Program-made: the position numbers and the translations under genes
Source of the DNA: the human T2T-CHM13v2.0 reference genome, Homo sapiens
Length of the DNA stretch: 64,000 nucleotides
Assembly: GCF_009914755.1 (NCBI RefSeq)
Contig: NC_060925.1
Direction: 5' to 3' (one strand)
The notes under the pieces: model-generated
Seen by the model: the letters and a program-made list of their open reading frames with translations, nothing else
Databases searched by the model: none
What the model was told of the DNA's origin: nothing
Shown: positions 44,321 through 58,436 of the stretch, piece after piece
Layout: every line of letters starts with the position of its first letter
Position numbering within the stretch: position 1 is the stretch's first letter

Positions 44321-44631
44321 TTGCTGTCACAATCAACTTATCTAATTCATTAACTTGAATTGCTTAGTTAGATACATGTGAATAAAATCATTGGAAGTGA
44401 TCTTCATTACTCAATGTTCCAAGTTTTACTATATTACTGAAACTTCATTTGCCTAATTGAGCAAAATAGGGAAATTTTAGAATATCATGATATAGTATAT
44501 TAAATATTAAGTAACTAAATTCCATAACAATATTGTACATTTTTAAAATAATATATTTACCAAGTAGAGTTTATTTAATCAATGATATAGTAGTATATTT
44601 CTAAAATATAAACATAAGGATGAATGATATG

Positions 44632-44760
44632 TTTTAATAATATATTGAGGTAAAACTCACATAACATAGAACTTACCACTTTAATCTGAACAATTCAATT
44701 ACACTTAGTTCATTCACAATGTTGCAAAGTCACCTCTATATAGTATCAAAAATATTTCTT
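44632..44760 (-). mobile_element. L1MB 3' end fragment
   Basis: attgaggtaaaactcacataacata...cattcacaatgttg. Confidence 0.7.
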
Positions 44761-47118
44761 TCAATATACTGATTTTTTTAAACAGTAGTATATTTTCAAA
44801 GTTATTTTAGAAGTAAAACATCACTGAATACAGTATTCAGTATATTCTTGATATTTAAAATCATCATGGATTAAGATATTTTAATAAAAATTGATAAATA
44901 TTTAATTCTCTGGATTATCATGAGCATTTTTCATCAGTATGTGATAGCATATGCAGTATATTCATGATAATAAGTTCATGAATTAATATATACTAAAACT
45001 TAATAAATTATATAAATTATTTTCAGCATTTTTCATTACTATGTGATAGCAAAACATTTTTAAATTGGAATAAGAAAACTAATTGCAATATTTAGTTTAA
45101 GCAAGTATATTCTGTCATGAACATAATTAAAGCATCATGTAAAAATAAATTTAGGTGAGTCAGATATGTTATACCAGCAACATATAAACATTAATATTTA
45201 CCTCAATTTAAAAATAAAATCCAACCATAAATGTATTTGATCTAATATATTGCATAGAAAGTTTTGTTGTGAATGCTCATCCCTAAGACTTTTTATTGCT
45301 AGCGCATTGTGTGGTTACATTTATAATACACGCCCTCTTTCAGTATCTGAGTTCTGGCTAAGGGGAATTGGATGTGGAGGAATGTGTCCTGAGATAGGAT
45401 GCTTTTGTAGAATATATGACAATCTGATTTACATTGATTTTAGAAGCCAGAAGAAAGGGGTTAAGAAATTAAAGTGGGACAAATTGGCTGGTGTTGCTAG
45501 TTGGTTTCTTTGATTGAGCAGTTGATGTTTTCTGGCACTGAGTATGGGATCATATTATTAGTTTGTTTTAATAGTGTGTTACTTTCATCTGTTTTTGTTG
45601 TATTTTTTTAATTAAGTGCAAGGAGAGATTACAAAAGGAAGGGAGAAAAGAAAATGACAACTCAGGAGTAAAAAAATAGGGATTTTGTATAGCTAGAATA
45701 TTATAGACCTGGAAATGAACCAAGGCAACTGATATGATGGGCAAAACTGACTAAATTGTAGGTGGTATGTACCTAAACACACATTCTGTGTTTTCTGAAT
45801 CTTCTAAGAAATGGAGTCATAACTGAGAGAATTAAAATAGGATCTGAATGTATATCTTTATTTTGCTGTGCACACGTCTGAAACTAGGGCATCTACTACA
45901 TGAGAAAACAATGCATTCAAAAATTGTCAGGCCCCTAAGCCTGTATTATAAATATTGTGTAAGCATATATTTTTAGATTACAGTTTATTAAATAGGGGAA
46001 CACATTCTAAAATTAAGAACGACTATGTAGAAAAATTGATATAAATAGTTGAAAACTATTCTAGTAATTTTCAATGGTAACTGCTCAGTAAAGAACATTT
46101 TAGAATCTAATCTATGTTTGTACACTTACATCTTCTAGGAATAATAATGTCCATTGTTATTTAAACACAATTGATGGTAACTTTAATATATTATAATGAA
46201 GCCAAGTGTTACCACTGTTCAAGCATTAATATGCAACTGGTCACTTATGCATTTTCATATTCTGTAAAGTAAGAAAATGTACTGTTTGGGAGAATGAATT
46301 CTGCATAGAGAGGTCAGCTTCTGATATTGCTGCAAAATTAAGCTTTGCCAACACAACAAAACTTGTTTATTCAATTGCTAAGCTAAGTGACCCAAAATGC
46401 TAGAAAGATATTCTAAAGAAAAGTTTGATTTCACTAAAGATGTTATAATTTAAAATGTTTGAAATGTTATTTTTAATTGACTATATTTTTTAAAATACAG
46501 GTTCATTTATTTTGCAAATACAAATAAAATCTTATCATCAGTATTATTTTTAGAAATTTGCTTTTATTATATGACAACACAACCCTGATAACTTTCCATG
46601 TGGGTAAACATAAAACTTTCTTTCTCGTTTTTAATGATTTTATAGTATTCTACTTAATATTTATAGTACTTTACAACTGTATTATAGTTGTTTTCTTATG
46701 TATTCACTTTTTGCATTAAAAATACAAAAATTCAGTGGACATTTGTAGGTGGTAATGATTTATAGGTAAAAATACATTTGCAAGTATTTTATTTTTTAAG
46801 ATTGACTACTATAAGTAGAATTTGTAAAAGGGAATAAACTTTGAAATGTTAGTATCTACTTTAAAACAGATAACCACATCTCCCAATATGCAAGAAAGCC
46901 TCTTGTCCTCAAAATCTTGTAAAATAGAACAGTATCGAACATCTAGAGAGCAAAGAGTGGAAAATATTTTTGTGTCTGTTTCAAGTCCCTGAATGCTAGT
47001 GAAAGTGGTCATCATTTTATGATTAAAACTTGTCTCCTTACATTATTTTATTTGATTTGCTATATTTGTTTTGTTTGGATTACTGCTATGTGGAGAATTT
47101 TCACATGATACTGCTGCT

Positions 47119-47270
47119 TAAAAATTATGGGTATATAGGTGTATATATTTATGGGGAGATGAGATATTTTGATACAGGCATACAATGGTATAATCATCAC
47201 ATCAGGGTAAATGGGGTATCCATCACCTCAAGCATTTATCCTTTCTTTGTGTTACAAACATTCTAATTTT
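47119..47270 (-). mobile_element. L1MA2/3 3' end fragment
   Basis: taggtgtatatatttatgggg...ttttgatacaggcat...aaatggggtatccatcacctcaagcatttatcc. Confidence 0.88.
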
Positions 47271-47496
47271 TTAAATACTTTTCTCCTTGAGCTAACAAAA
47301 TTTTTACAGAAAATCTTAGCTCAAACCTGCCTTCAGCAGAGCACACTTTCCATTCTATTTAGTTACTGGTTTTGGCATCAAACTATATGTCCTCAGGGCT
47401 ATTCGCATTCAGCTTCTTCCTCTTTCCTGCCCATGTCCTTATTCTGTTTTTCTTCAATATTTTACATTTAACATAAAACATACCACTCATTTTCTA

Positions 47497-47703
47497 GTTA
47501 GTAACAATGCACTGTATATTTCAAAGTAGCTAGAAGAGAGAACTGGAAAGGTTCTCAACACACAGAAGTGATAAATACTAAAGGTGATGGATATCCCATG
47601 TACTCGAATAGATCATTACATATTCTATACATGCAACAGAGTATCACATATCTGTATCCCATAAATATGTAAAATACTATATGCATCAATAAAAAGGTTA
47701 AAA
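47497..47703 (+). mobile_element. L1MA5/6-like 3' end fragment
   Basis: gtatatttcaaagtagctagaagagag...ggtgatggatatccc...cccataaatatgtaaaata. Confidence 0.82.
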
Positions 47704-47789
47704 TGTCCTTCTTTATATACAAAACAAAAAAAATGCTACCCTCCTAATAGTTTATGAGCACTCAATTACTAACTATAACTAATTACTAA

Positions 47790-48600
47790 TGACAACTAAT
47801 TAATAAGTAACCCTCCACTGACAATGGTGACTGCTGTTCTAAACTTTATGGCAATTGCTTGCTTATTTTTTATTAGTTTTTCTACCTAAGCATCTATCCC
47901 TAAATACTACCCTTAATTTTACCTGTTTTGAACTTTAGATAAATTAATGTGTAAATATTAAATTTTTCTCTGGTCTAGCTCTTTTTTTTATTAAAATGAG
48001 GCTTGTAAAATTTATCCATATTGTTTGTAAAATTGTAGTAAATGCTTTTTCATTGATATGCAGTATTCAGTTATATGAGTATCCCAATTTATTGAAACAT
48101 TCTGCAACTGACGGACATTTGGGTTGTTTGAGCTAAGATTTTATTTACATTATATTATTGTACATGGTGACTTTTATAACCATATATATCAGTTTTTCTT
48201 TACACTTTTTGAATATGTATCCTGTTAAAGAATATCTTCCCCACACTGGATAAATAAAAATAAATATCACATATTTTCTTCTAACCATTTAACAGTGTTT
48301 TTGCCTATAGTCTTTTAACATTTTTATAAACGTGTTAAGAAACTTTGTTGAATTATACATCCATTTTTGGCAGGTTTTGAAAAACAAGCTTCATCATAAA
48401 TTAAGCCTCTATATCTACTTGTATTTGATTTTTACTTTTTTGGTCACATGTATATTAGACTATTTCTCGAATATCAACACAAAACTAACTTCTTTGAAGT
48501 CATTTTTCCTACATCCTTCTTTTTTCAAAAATAATGTAAGCATAGTAATAGGTAGCCTTTAGGAGGAAGTATAATTTGTGAAAGCTTACATAAAAAACTA
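47790..48600 (-). mobile_element. L1ME 3' region
   Basis: atccctaaa...ttttacctgttttgaactt...ggacatttgggttgttt. Confidence 0.65.
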
Positions 48601-48637
48601 GTTGGAATTACCTTGAATGCAACAAAAATTTGGTAGA

Positions 48638-48873
48638 TATCTTTGTGGCTTAGACAACAGAAATTTATTTCCTACAGTTCTGGAAGCTGAGAAGTCCAAG
48701 ATCAAGGTGCCAGTCAATTCAGCGTCTTGTTTCTGGTGAAGGCCCTCTTCCTAATTTGCAGATGGACACCTTACTGATATATCCTCCCCTAGCATGTGTG
48801 GAATGCCTTGAATGCAAACAGAAGTCTGGTAGGTATCTTTGTCATTTTGGGCTACTATAACAAAAATGCCACA
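48638..48873 (-). mobile_element. MLT1A-like LTR fragments in permuted order
   Basis: ggcttagacaacagaaatttattt...gaagtccaagatcaaggtgcc (48647-48799) precedes the terminal piece ttgggctactataacaaaa (48833-48873). Confidence 0.8.
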
Positions 48874-49007
48874 AGGAAGTCAGTAGGAAAAGAGAAAAAC
48901 TACCTTAAAATTTGAGTAGAAATAGTCTGCAAAACTGTCTGGGGCTGAACTCTTTTATGGTGGCAAAACTTTGCAAATAATTCCAATTTATTTTTATTTA
49001 AATACTA

Positions 49008-49311
<304 letters not shown>

Positions 49312-49554
49312 AATAATACACTCAATTTTTCTAAAGCTTACGAGTGACCCTTGGCAATATACATTCTGATAGAAAATATGATATCCATTTGAGATAATCA
49401 TTGAAATAAATCTGGGCTTTTGTCTTTAAACTCCATTTATCTTATTTAATTAATTTGTTTATTTATTAGTGCGTACAGTCCTGTTGTTTTTGTTTGACCT
49501 ATTCATGTGTTTCTCCCACCTCATTTCTTTGCAAAAGATTTTAATTTAATTTTT

Positions 49555-49830
49555 AAAGACTACACATTAAATCGGTTACCAAGATATTTTGGAAATAATA
49601 ACAATAACAATAAACAAAATTCCTGCTACATGGAGCTTAGGCTCTCGTTTAAAACAGCATAAAACAGAAAATAAAATCAGATGAAGAAGTAAAATATATA
49701 ATATGTGAGATAGTAACAATGTATAAAGAAAATAGTCAGGAAAAGTGAAAGAATTGTTCAGAATATATTGCAATTTTAGACAGTGCCTGCAGGGGAGACC
49801 ACAGTGAAAAGCAACAGAGTGAACTATATA
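49555..49830 (-). mobile_element. L2a 3' fragment
   Basis: caaaattcctgctacatggagctta...ttgcaattttagacagtg. Confidence 0.6.
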
Positions 49831-50082
49831 GAAATTTGCTGTTTATTTTTCTTAGTGGTTATCCTAGATCAAAAATAAGAATCCAGGATTAAGCCAACAC
49901 TGATGCTCTACAGTTGTTTTAATTGAATTGTACTCATAGAAATATCTTATCTCTTCAACTTTTATTTAAAATAAGAAATTATATTTTGTATGTTTTTCTC
50001 AAATTTTTGCATCCTGTTAACTGTGCTTTGAAAAGATTAATAACCTCATTGTACAAATTAATTAGAATATATATGGTAATAA

Positions 50083-50679
<597 letters not shown>

Positions 50680-50912
50680 GAGAAGTTTGGCTTTTTAACA
50701 GCCTTGTTGATCTATCCTGATGACAAAGATTTTTTTAAAGAAAGAGGAACCCAGATTGTTAAGTAAACAAAGCTGCCAAAAATTTTATCACAAAAAGTAA
50801 ACCTTTGGAATTTTCAAAAGCAACAATAGAATGCAGAAATAGAAAATCTGTTGTGAGCTAGCAACTGAATTCCAAAAGTTTCATTAATCAAGTTCACCAA
50901 AGTGCATATTTA

Positions 50913-51216
50913 GAAGTCATGTCCTTTGCATTAACATGGATAGAACTGGAGGCATAATCCTGAGCGAATTACTTCAAAAACAGAAAATCAAATAGTACAT
51001 GTTCTCACTTATAAGTGGGAGCTAATCACTGGGTATACATGAACACAAACATGGGAACAGTAGACAGCGTGAACTACCAGAGCAGGGAAAGGGAAGGCAG
51101 CTGGTTGAAAAACTGCCTATTGGGTACTATGCTCACTATCTGGGTGAGGCATACCCATGAAACAAACCTGCACATGTATCCCTTATATCTAAAATAAAAG
51201 TTGAAAATTACAAAAA
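50913..51216 (+). mobile_element. L1PB-like 3' end
   Basis: tcatgtcctttgca...gttctcacttataagtgggagcta...ggttgaaaaactgcctattgggtactatgctcacta...tctaaaataaaagttgaa. Confidence 0.9.
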
Positions 51217-51629
51217 GGAAAATTGATATTTGAATGAGTTTTTCAAACTTCTATTGAAAGTATAAAATAATGCACACATTTTTCCCTGTGCTATACTACA
51301 TGAAAGGTCAAATTACCAATCATATTCAAAGAGGTGCACCTCATAGACAAAATAAAATGTCATTTAGAAACACCTGTTTATCTTAATAAAATAAATTTTT
51401 AAACTAATTAAAATAAATTTAATGTAATATTCACTATATTTAAGCAATTGTTCATTTTTTTTTAATGAAAAACATCCCCATTTTCCAATGCATCCAGGGG
51501 TTTCTACCAGGGAGATTTTTGAGGAGTGTGCTGATTAATGTATTTTTAGGCACTTCTAAAGTTTATTCTCACAGACATGTACAGGTTTAACTCAATATAC
51601 ATGTACTAGTATTAGGAGGGAGAAGGAGC

Positions 51630-52386
<757 letters not shown>

Positions 52387-52387
52387 G

Positions 52388-53305
52388 ATAGCAAATAAGC
52401 ACATGAAAAGATGTTCCAAATTATACATAATCAGAAAAACACAATGACAAAGAAATACTACTACACTCCTACTAGAATTGCCAAAAATCGGATCATCGAC
52501 AAAACCCGATGATGGCAAGGATGTGAAGCAACAATACCTCTCATTCATTGCAGATGGAAATGCTAAACAGTGCAGCCACTCTGGAGGACAGGCAACATTT
52601 TACAAAACTAAACACACTCTTACTATGAAATCCAAATTACACTACTTGATATTTATCCAATGAAGTTAAAATCTTATGTTCACACAAAAACCTGCACATA
52701 TGTAGTTACTGCAGCCTTATTCATAATTGTCAGTCATTGAAGCAACCAAGATGTCCTTCAGTGTGTGAATGGATAAATATAATGTGGTACATGGAGACAA
52801 TGAAATATTAAAAAGAAGTGAGCTATTAAGACATGAAAAGACATGGAGAAAACATAAATACACATTACTAGGTGAAAGAAGCCAATCAGGAAAGGCTACA
52901 TATTGTATGATTCGACTACATATTTTGAAAAAGTAAAACTGAAGAGAGAGTACAAAGATCAGTGTTTGCCAGGGTTTAAAGAGAGGGATAAACAGGCAGA
53001 GAACAGAAGATATTTTGAGCAGTGCAACTGCTCTGTATGATACTACAATGGTGGATACACAAACTTCTGTTTATCTAACCTTACAGAATAGTCAACACCA
53101 AGAGTGTACCCTAATATAAACTGTGACCTCTGAGTGATAATGATGTGTGAATGCAGGTTCATCAAATTTAATACATGTACTTCTCTGGAAGATGTTGATA
53201 GCTGGGGAGTATATACATGTGTGGAGGTAGTGAGTATATGGAAAATCTCTTCTGCACAATTTTGCTAAAAAACTATATTAAAACATGAAGTTTATTTTAA
53301 AAAGT
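52388..53305 (+). mobile_element. L1MC1-like 3' end
   Basis: gcaaataagcacatgaaaagatg...ttatgttcacacaaaaacctgcaca...catgaaaagacatggag...gtgaaagaagccaatc. Confidence 0.85.
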
Positions 53306-53392
53306 AAATTCTGCTCATAAGTAAAATTTCTCAACCTATTAAAAAGGAGGATGTAAAGCAGAATTTACAGCTGACTTAAAAAAAATTAAAAG

Positions 53393-56300
53393 TATTTGGA
53401 TGCCCTTTATTTGTTTCTCCTGCCTGATTGCCCTGTCCAGGACTTCCAATACTGTGTTTAAGAAGAGTGGTGAGACAGGGAGTCCTTGTCTTGTACCAGT
53501 TTTCAAGGGAAATACTTCCAGCTTTTGCCTTTTCAATATAATGTTTGCTGTGGTTTTGTCATAGATGGCACTTCTTATTTCGAGGTATGTTCATTCAATA
53601 CCTAATTAATTGAGAATTTTTAACATGAAGGGTGTTGAATTCTATTGAAAGCCTTTTCTGCATCTGTTGAGATAACCATGTGGTTTTTGTCTTTTGTTCT
53701 GTTTACGTGATGAATCACATTTATTGATTTATGTATGTTGAATCAACCTTGCATCCCAGGGATAAAGCCTACTTGGTCATGATGGATAAGCTTTTAGAAG
53801 TACTGCTGGATTTGAATTGCCCATATTTTGTTCAGGATTTTTGCATTTATGTTCATCAAGTATAATGACATGAAGTTTCTGTATTTTGTTGTGTCTCTGC
53901 CAGGTTTTGGTATCAGGATGATGCTGGCCTTATGGAATGTGTTAGGGAGGAGTCACCCCTCAATGTTTTGGAATAGTTTCAGTAGGAATGGTACCAGCTC
54001 TTCTTTGTACATCTGGTAGAATTTGGCTGTGAGTCTGTTTGGTCCTGGGCTTTTTTTGGCTGGTAGGCTATTTATTATGGATTCAGGTTTAGAGCTCATT
54101 CTAGGTCTATTTAGGGATTCAATTTATTCCTGGTTCAGTCATAGAAAGATGTATGTGTCCAGTAATTTATCCATTTCTTCTAGATTTTCTAGTCTGTGTA
54201 TTGAGGTTTTCATAATATTCTCTGGTGGCTGTTTGTATTTCTGTGGGGTCAATGGTAATATCCCCTTAGTTATTTCTAATTGTTTTTATTTGGATCTTCT
54301 CTCTTTTCTTCTTTATTAGTCTAGCTAGTGGTCTATTTTATTGATTTTGTTCAGAAAATCAACTCCTGGATTCATTGCTTTTTTGAATGATTTATTTGTG
54401 TTTGTGTGTATCTCAGTCTCCTCCAGTTCATGTTTGATTTTGGTTATTTTTTGTCGTATGCTAGCTTTGGTGTTGGTTTGCTCTTGGTCCTCTAGTCATT
54501 ATACTTGTGATATGAAGTTGTTAAATTGATACCTTTCTATCTTTTTGATGTGGGTATTTAGTGTTGCAAATTTCACTCTTAACACTGCCTTAGCAGTGTC
54601 CCAGAGATTCTGGCATATTGTATCTTTGTTCTTATTAGCTTCAGAGAGCTCCTTGATATCTGCCTTAATTTCATTATTTACCCAAAAGTCATTCAGGTGC
54701 AGGTTATTCAATTTCCATGTAACTGTATGAGCTATTTTGAGCTATTTTCTTAGTTTCAAATGTTATTTTTATTTCACTGTGGTCTGAGACAGGAAGAGAG
54801 AAGTTAAACCAACCCTGTTGCAGGTGACATGATTCTATATCTAGAAAACCTTATAGTCTCTGCTCAAAAGATCCTTAAGCTGATAAACAACTTCAGCAAA
54901 GTCTCAGGATACAAAATCAATGTCCAAAAATCCATAGCATTCCTATGTGCCAGCAACAGTCAAGCCAAGAGCCAAATTAGAATCACAATCCCATTCACAG
55001 TTGCCACAAAAGTAATAAACTATGGAGGAATACAGCTAACCAGGGAGGTGATAGATCTCTACAAGGAGAACTACAAAGCACTCAACAAATAAATCAGAGA
55101 TGACACAAATAAATGGAAAAACAGTCCATGCTCATAGATAGGATGAATTAACATCATTAAAATGGCCGTGATGCTCAAAGCACTGTATAGATTCAATGCT
55201 ATTCCTATCAAACTACCAATGACATTCTTCACGAAACTAGAAAAAAACTATTTTATAATTGATATAGAACCACAAAACAGCCCAAATAGCTAAGGTAACC
55301 CTAAGCAAAAAGAACAAAGCTGGAGGCATCACGTTACCTGAATTCAAAGTATACCACAGGGACACAGTAACCAAAACAGCCTGGTACTGGTACAAAAAAC
55401 AGACACAAAAACTAATTAAATGGAATAGATCCCAGAAATAAGGCCAACCACCTACAACCATCTGATCTTTGACAAAGCTGACAAAGAAAGCAATGGGGAA
55501 AAGACTCCCTATCCAATAAATGGTGCTGGGATAACTGACTAGCCATATGCAGAAGGTTGAAACTGGACCCCTTCCACACACTATATATAAAAATCAACTC
55601 AAGATGGATTAAAGACCTAAATGTAAAACCAAAACTATAAAAGCCCTGGAAGAAAACCTAGGCAATGCCATCCTAGACATAGAAACAAGCAAAGATTTTA
55701 TGACAAAGTTGCTCAATGCAATTGCAAGCAAAATCAAAAATTGACAAATGGAAAGTGCTTCTGCACAGTAAAAGAAACCATCAACCGAGTAAACAGACAA
55801 CCTAGAGAATGGGAGAAAATTTTTGCAAAGTATGCATCTGACAAAGGTCTAATATCTAGCATCTATAAGGAGCTTAAACAAATTTACAAGAAAAAACAAA
55901 AACCCCATCTTAAGAAGTGGGCAAAGGACATGAACAGACCCTTTTCAAAAGAAGACATACATGCAACCAACAAGCATATGACAAAAAGCTCCACATCAGT
56001 GATCATTAGAGAAATGCAAATCAAAACCACAGTGAGATACCAAATCTCACACCAATCAGAATGGCTATTATTAAAAAGTCAAACATGCTGGCAATGATGT
56101 GGAGAAAAAGGAAAGCTTATACACTGTTGGTGGGAATGCACATTAGTTCAACCATTGTGGAAAGCAGCGTGGCAATTCCTGAAAGACCTAAAGACAGAAA
56201 TATCATTGCTGGACAGCCAGCAATCCCACTTCTGGTTAAATATCCAAAGGACTATGAAACATTCTTTCTTAAAGACATATGCACACATATGTTCACTGTA

Positions 56301-56752
56301 GCACTATTCACAATAGCAAATACATGGAATCAACCCAAATGCCCATCAATAGTAGACTGGATAAAGAAGATGTGGTACATATACACCATGGAATACTATC
56401 CAGCCATAAAAATGAATGAGATCATGTCCTTTGTGGGAACATGGGTGTGGCTGGATTCCATTGTCTTTAGCAAACTAACACAGAAAGATAAAACTAAATA
56501 CCACGTCCTCACTTAGACGTGAGAGTTAAATGATGAGAACACATGGACACAGAGAGGGGAACAACAGACACTGGGGTCTACCAGAGGGTGGAGGGTGGAA
56601 GGAGGGAGAGGAGCAGGAAAAATAATTAATGGTTACTGGGATTAATATCTGGATGATGAAATAATCAGTACAACAAACCCCCATGACATGGTTTTAACTT
56701 TATAACAAACCAGCACGTGAACCTCCGAACTTAAAAGAAAATTTTTTAAAAA
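53393..56752 (+). mobile_element. L1PA13-15-like, 3.4 kb, with 5' inversion (minus 53393-54789, plus 54791-56752)
   Basis: ORF2 peptides on the minus strand (ORFs 53339-53536 [13 protein letters not shown]; 54499-54711) and plus strand ([19 protein letters not shown]; WNQPKCPS..WIKKMWYIYTMEYY); 3'UTR present. Confidence 0.96.
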
Positions 56753-57122
56753 TGTAATATGAATGCTTTGTGTATTTCACTAAAACTATCTATCCATCTA
56801 TCTTTCTGCCTTTCCTTTTCTTTACTTTTTCACATATATTTAACCTTTTGATGTTTAGAATTTCCAAAGTGACCTGAAGCCAAAATAAATGTAATAAACT
56901 GTGCAAACCTCAAAGTTACTTAATGTAATAACATAAACATGCATTTTCATTATTGACCATCAATTATTATTGTGACAAAAATATAATTTGCTCTATAATG
57001 CATATCATTTGTTACTAATTATATGTATATAAATGTATGTATATGCTTCCATTTATATAAATATGAGTGCACATATGTATACATATAAATATTACATATG
57101 TGTTGCTTTCTAAAATAAACAC

Positions 57123-57152
57123 TACATTTATTATTCTTTCTTGCAGGTAAGT
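57123..57152 (+). other. 3' splice site directly fused to a 5' splice site (polyY-CAG|GTAAGT), recursive-splice-site-like
   Basis: tacatttattattctttcttgcag|gtaagt; no AG in about 75 nt upstream. The motif is certain; its function is unproven. Confidence 0.3.
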
Positions 57153-58219
57153 GTGGCTATGTAACTAACTTTTGCTTAACGTATACCAAACATTACAGAA
57201 TTTAGGTCTAAAAGTAAGGTTCTGCAATGGCAAACTTTAAAATACATATCATTTATTTAGTAGATAGACAATTAGTGGTAAGGACAGAGATTTTGTAGGA
57301 GAAAAATCCTGTGAATTATTTGAAATGATTGCTTTCAATACCTTGATAATTGAGCTCAAGCTTCTTAAATCCATCTCTATGAGAAAAGCTTGACAAAACT
57401 CAGGGTATTCACGAATGTTGCCTGATCTCTTACTCTAAACAAAGTTTTTAAAGGAAGAAACAAACTCAGAAGACATCTAGACACGTTGTCAGCACACATG
57501 ACAGGGAATGCAGCTCTTCTCAAAAGAACTGCCACTGCCTCAATTACACTGTCTAAATTGACTGACAGCCTGAACATTTTGAGTCCTTTCTGAATTAGCC
57601 AACTGCTTCCTTACTCTTCAGTTATAAGAGGTTGTTACACTGAAGAGGCAGCCATAATAGAAAAAAAAAAAAAAGCAACTGTTGACCTAAGACTCCTTCA
57701 GGCCCCTCACATAAAAGCTTGTTTGGATATGGACAGGCTCAGAGGCAAACAACAGAGCAATGGTGGGTCCTTCTAAACCTAGGGGCTGCCAATGGTTATA
57801 TTCTCAATGACGTTTTATTAATTAAGCAAATAATTATAACGGTAACTAGTCTATCTCTATACCTTCACAAATCTGAAATAATATTGGCAATATTCCCCAG
57901 AAAATAAGAAGATAAAGTTACAGTCTGTAATTATTTTCTTCAAAGCAAAAAACATCACAAAATCTGAGCAGTGAAATTACACCTGTTGTTATGACAGGCT
58001 TTTGACAATATTTTTTTATTTTTATGAAACTAAGTGAAAATATTAAATGCAAAGGTTGATATGACAAATAAAAAAAGGAAAAGAATAAAAAACAACTTAA
58101 GGTGTTAGTAGACCTAATAATTCCGATGAACAGAGAAAAGTGGTTACATATGTGTATTAGTGTGCCCTAATTATCAGTGCCATATCACAATACACTAGCA
58201 CTTTATAAAAATAGATTCA

Positions 58220-58436
58220 GTGAGAACACTTTGACACAAGAAGGGGAACATCACACACCAGGGCCTGTTGTGGATTGCGGGGAGTGGGGAGGGATAGCTT
58301 TAGGAAATATACCTAACGTAAATGACAAGTTAATGGGTGCAGCACACCAACATGGCACATGTAACAAACCTGCATGTTGTGCACATGTACCCTAGAACTT
58401 AAAGTATAATAAAAAAAATAAAGAAAGAAACTTAAA
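58220..58436 (+). mobile_element. 5'-truncated L1PA (about PA4-5) 3'UTR
   Basis: TSD aaaaa(t/c)agattca (58207-58219, 58437-58449); about 10-nt deletion at cacat|gtaacaaacc relative to the 38989 copy. Confidence 0.95.

Noticed and set aside
54829-56516. The longest homologous ORFs (87-151 aa)
   Set aside because: Decayed L1 ORF2 C-terminal half; the catalytic motif is mutated and the frame is broken.
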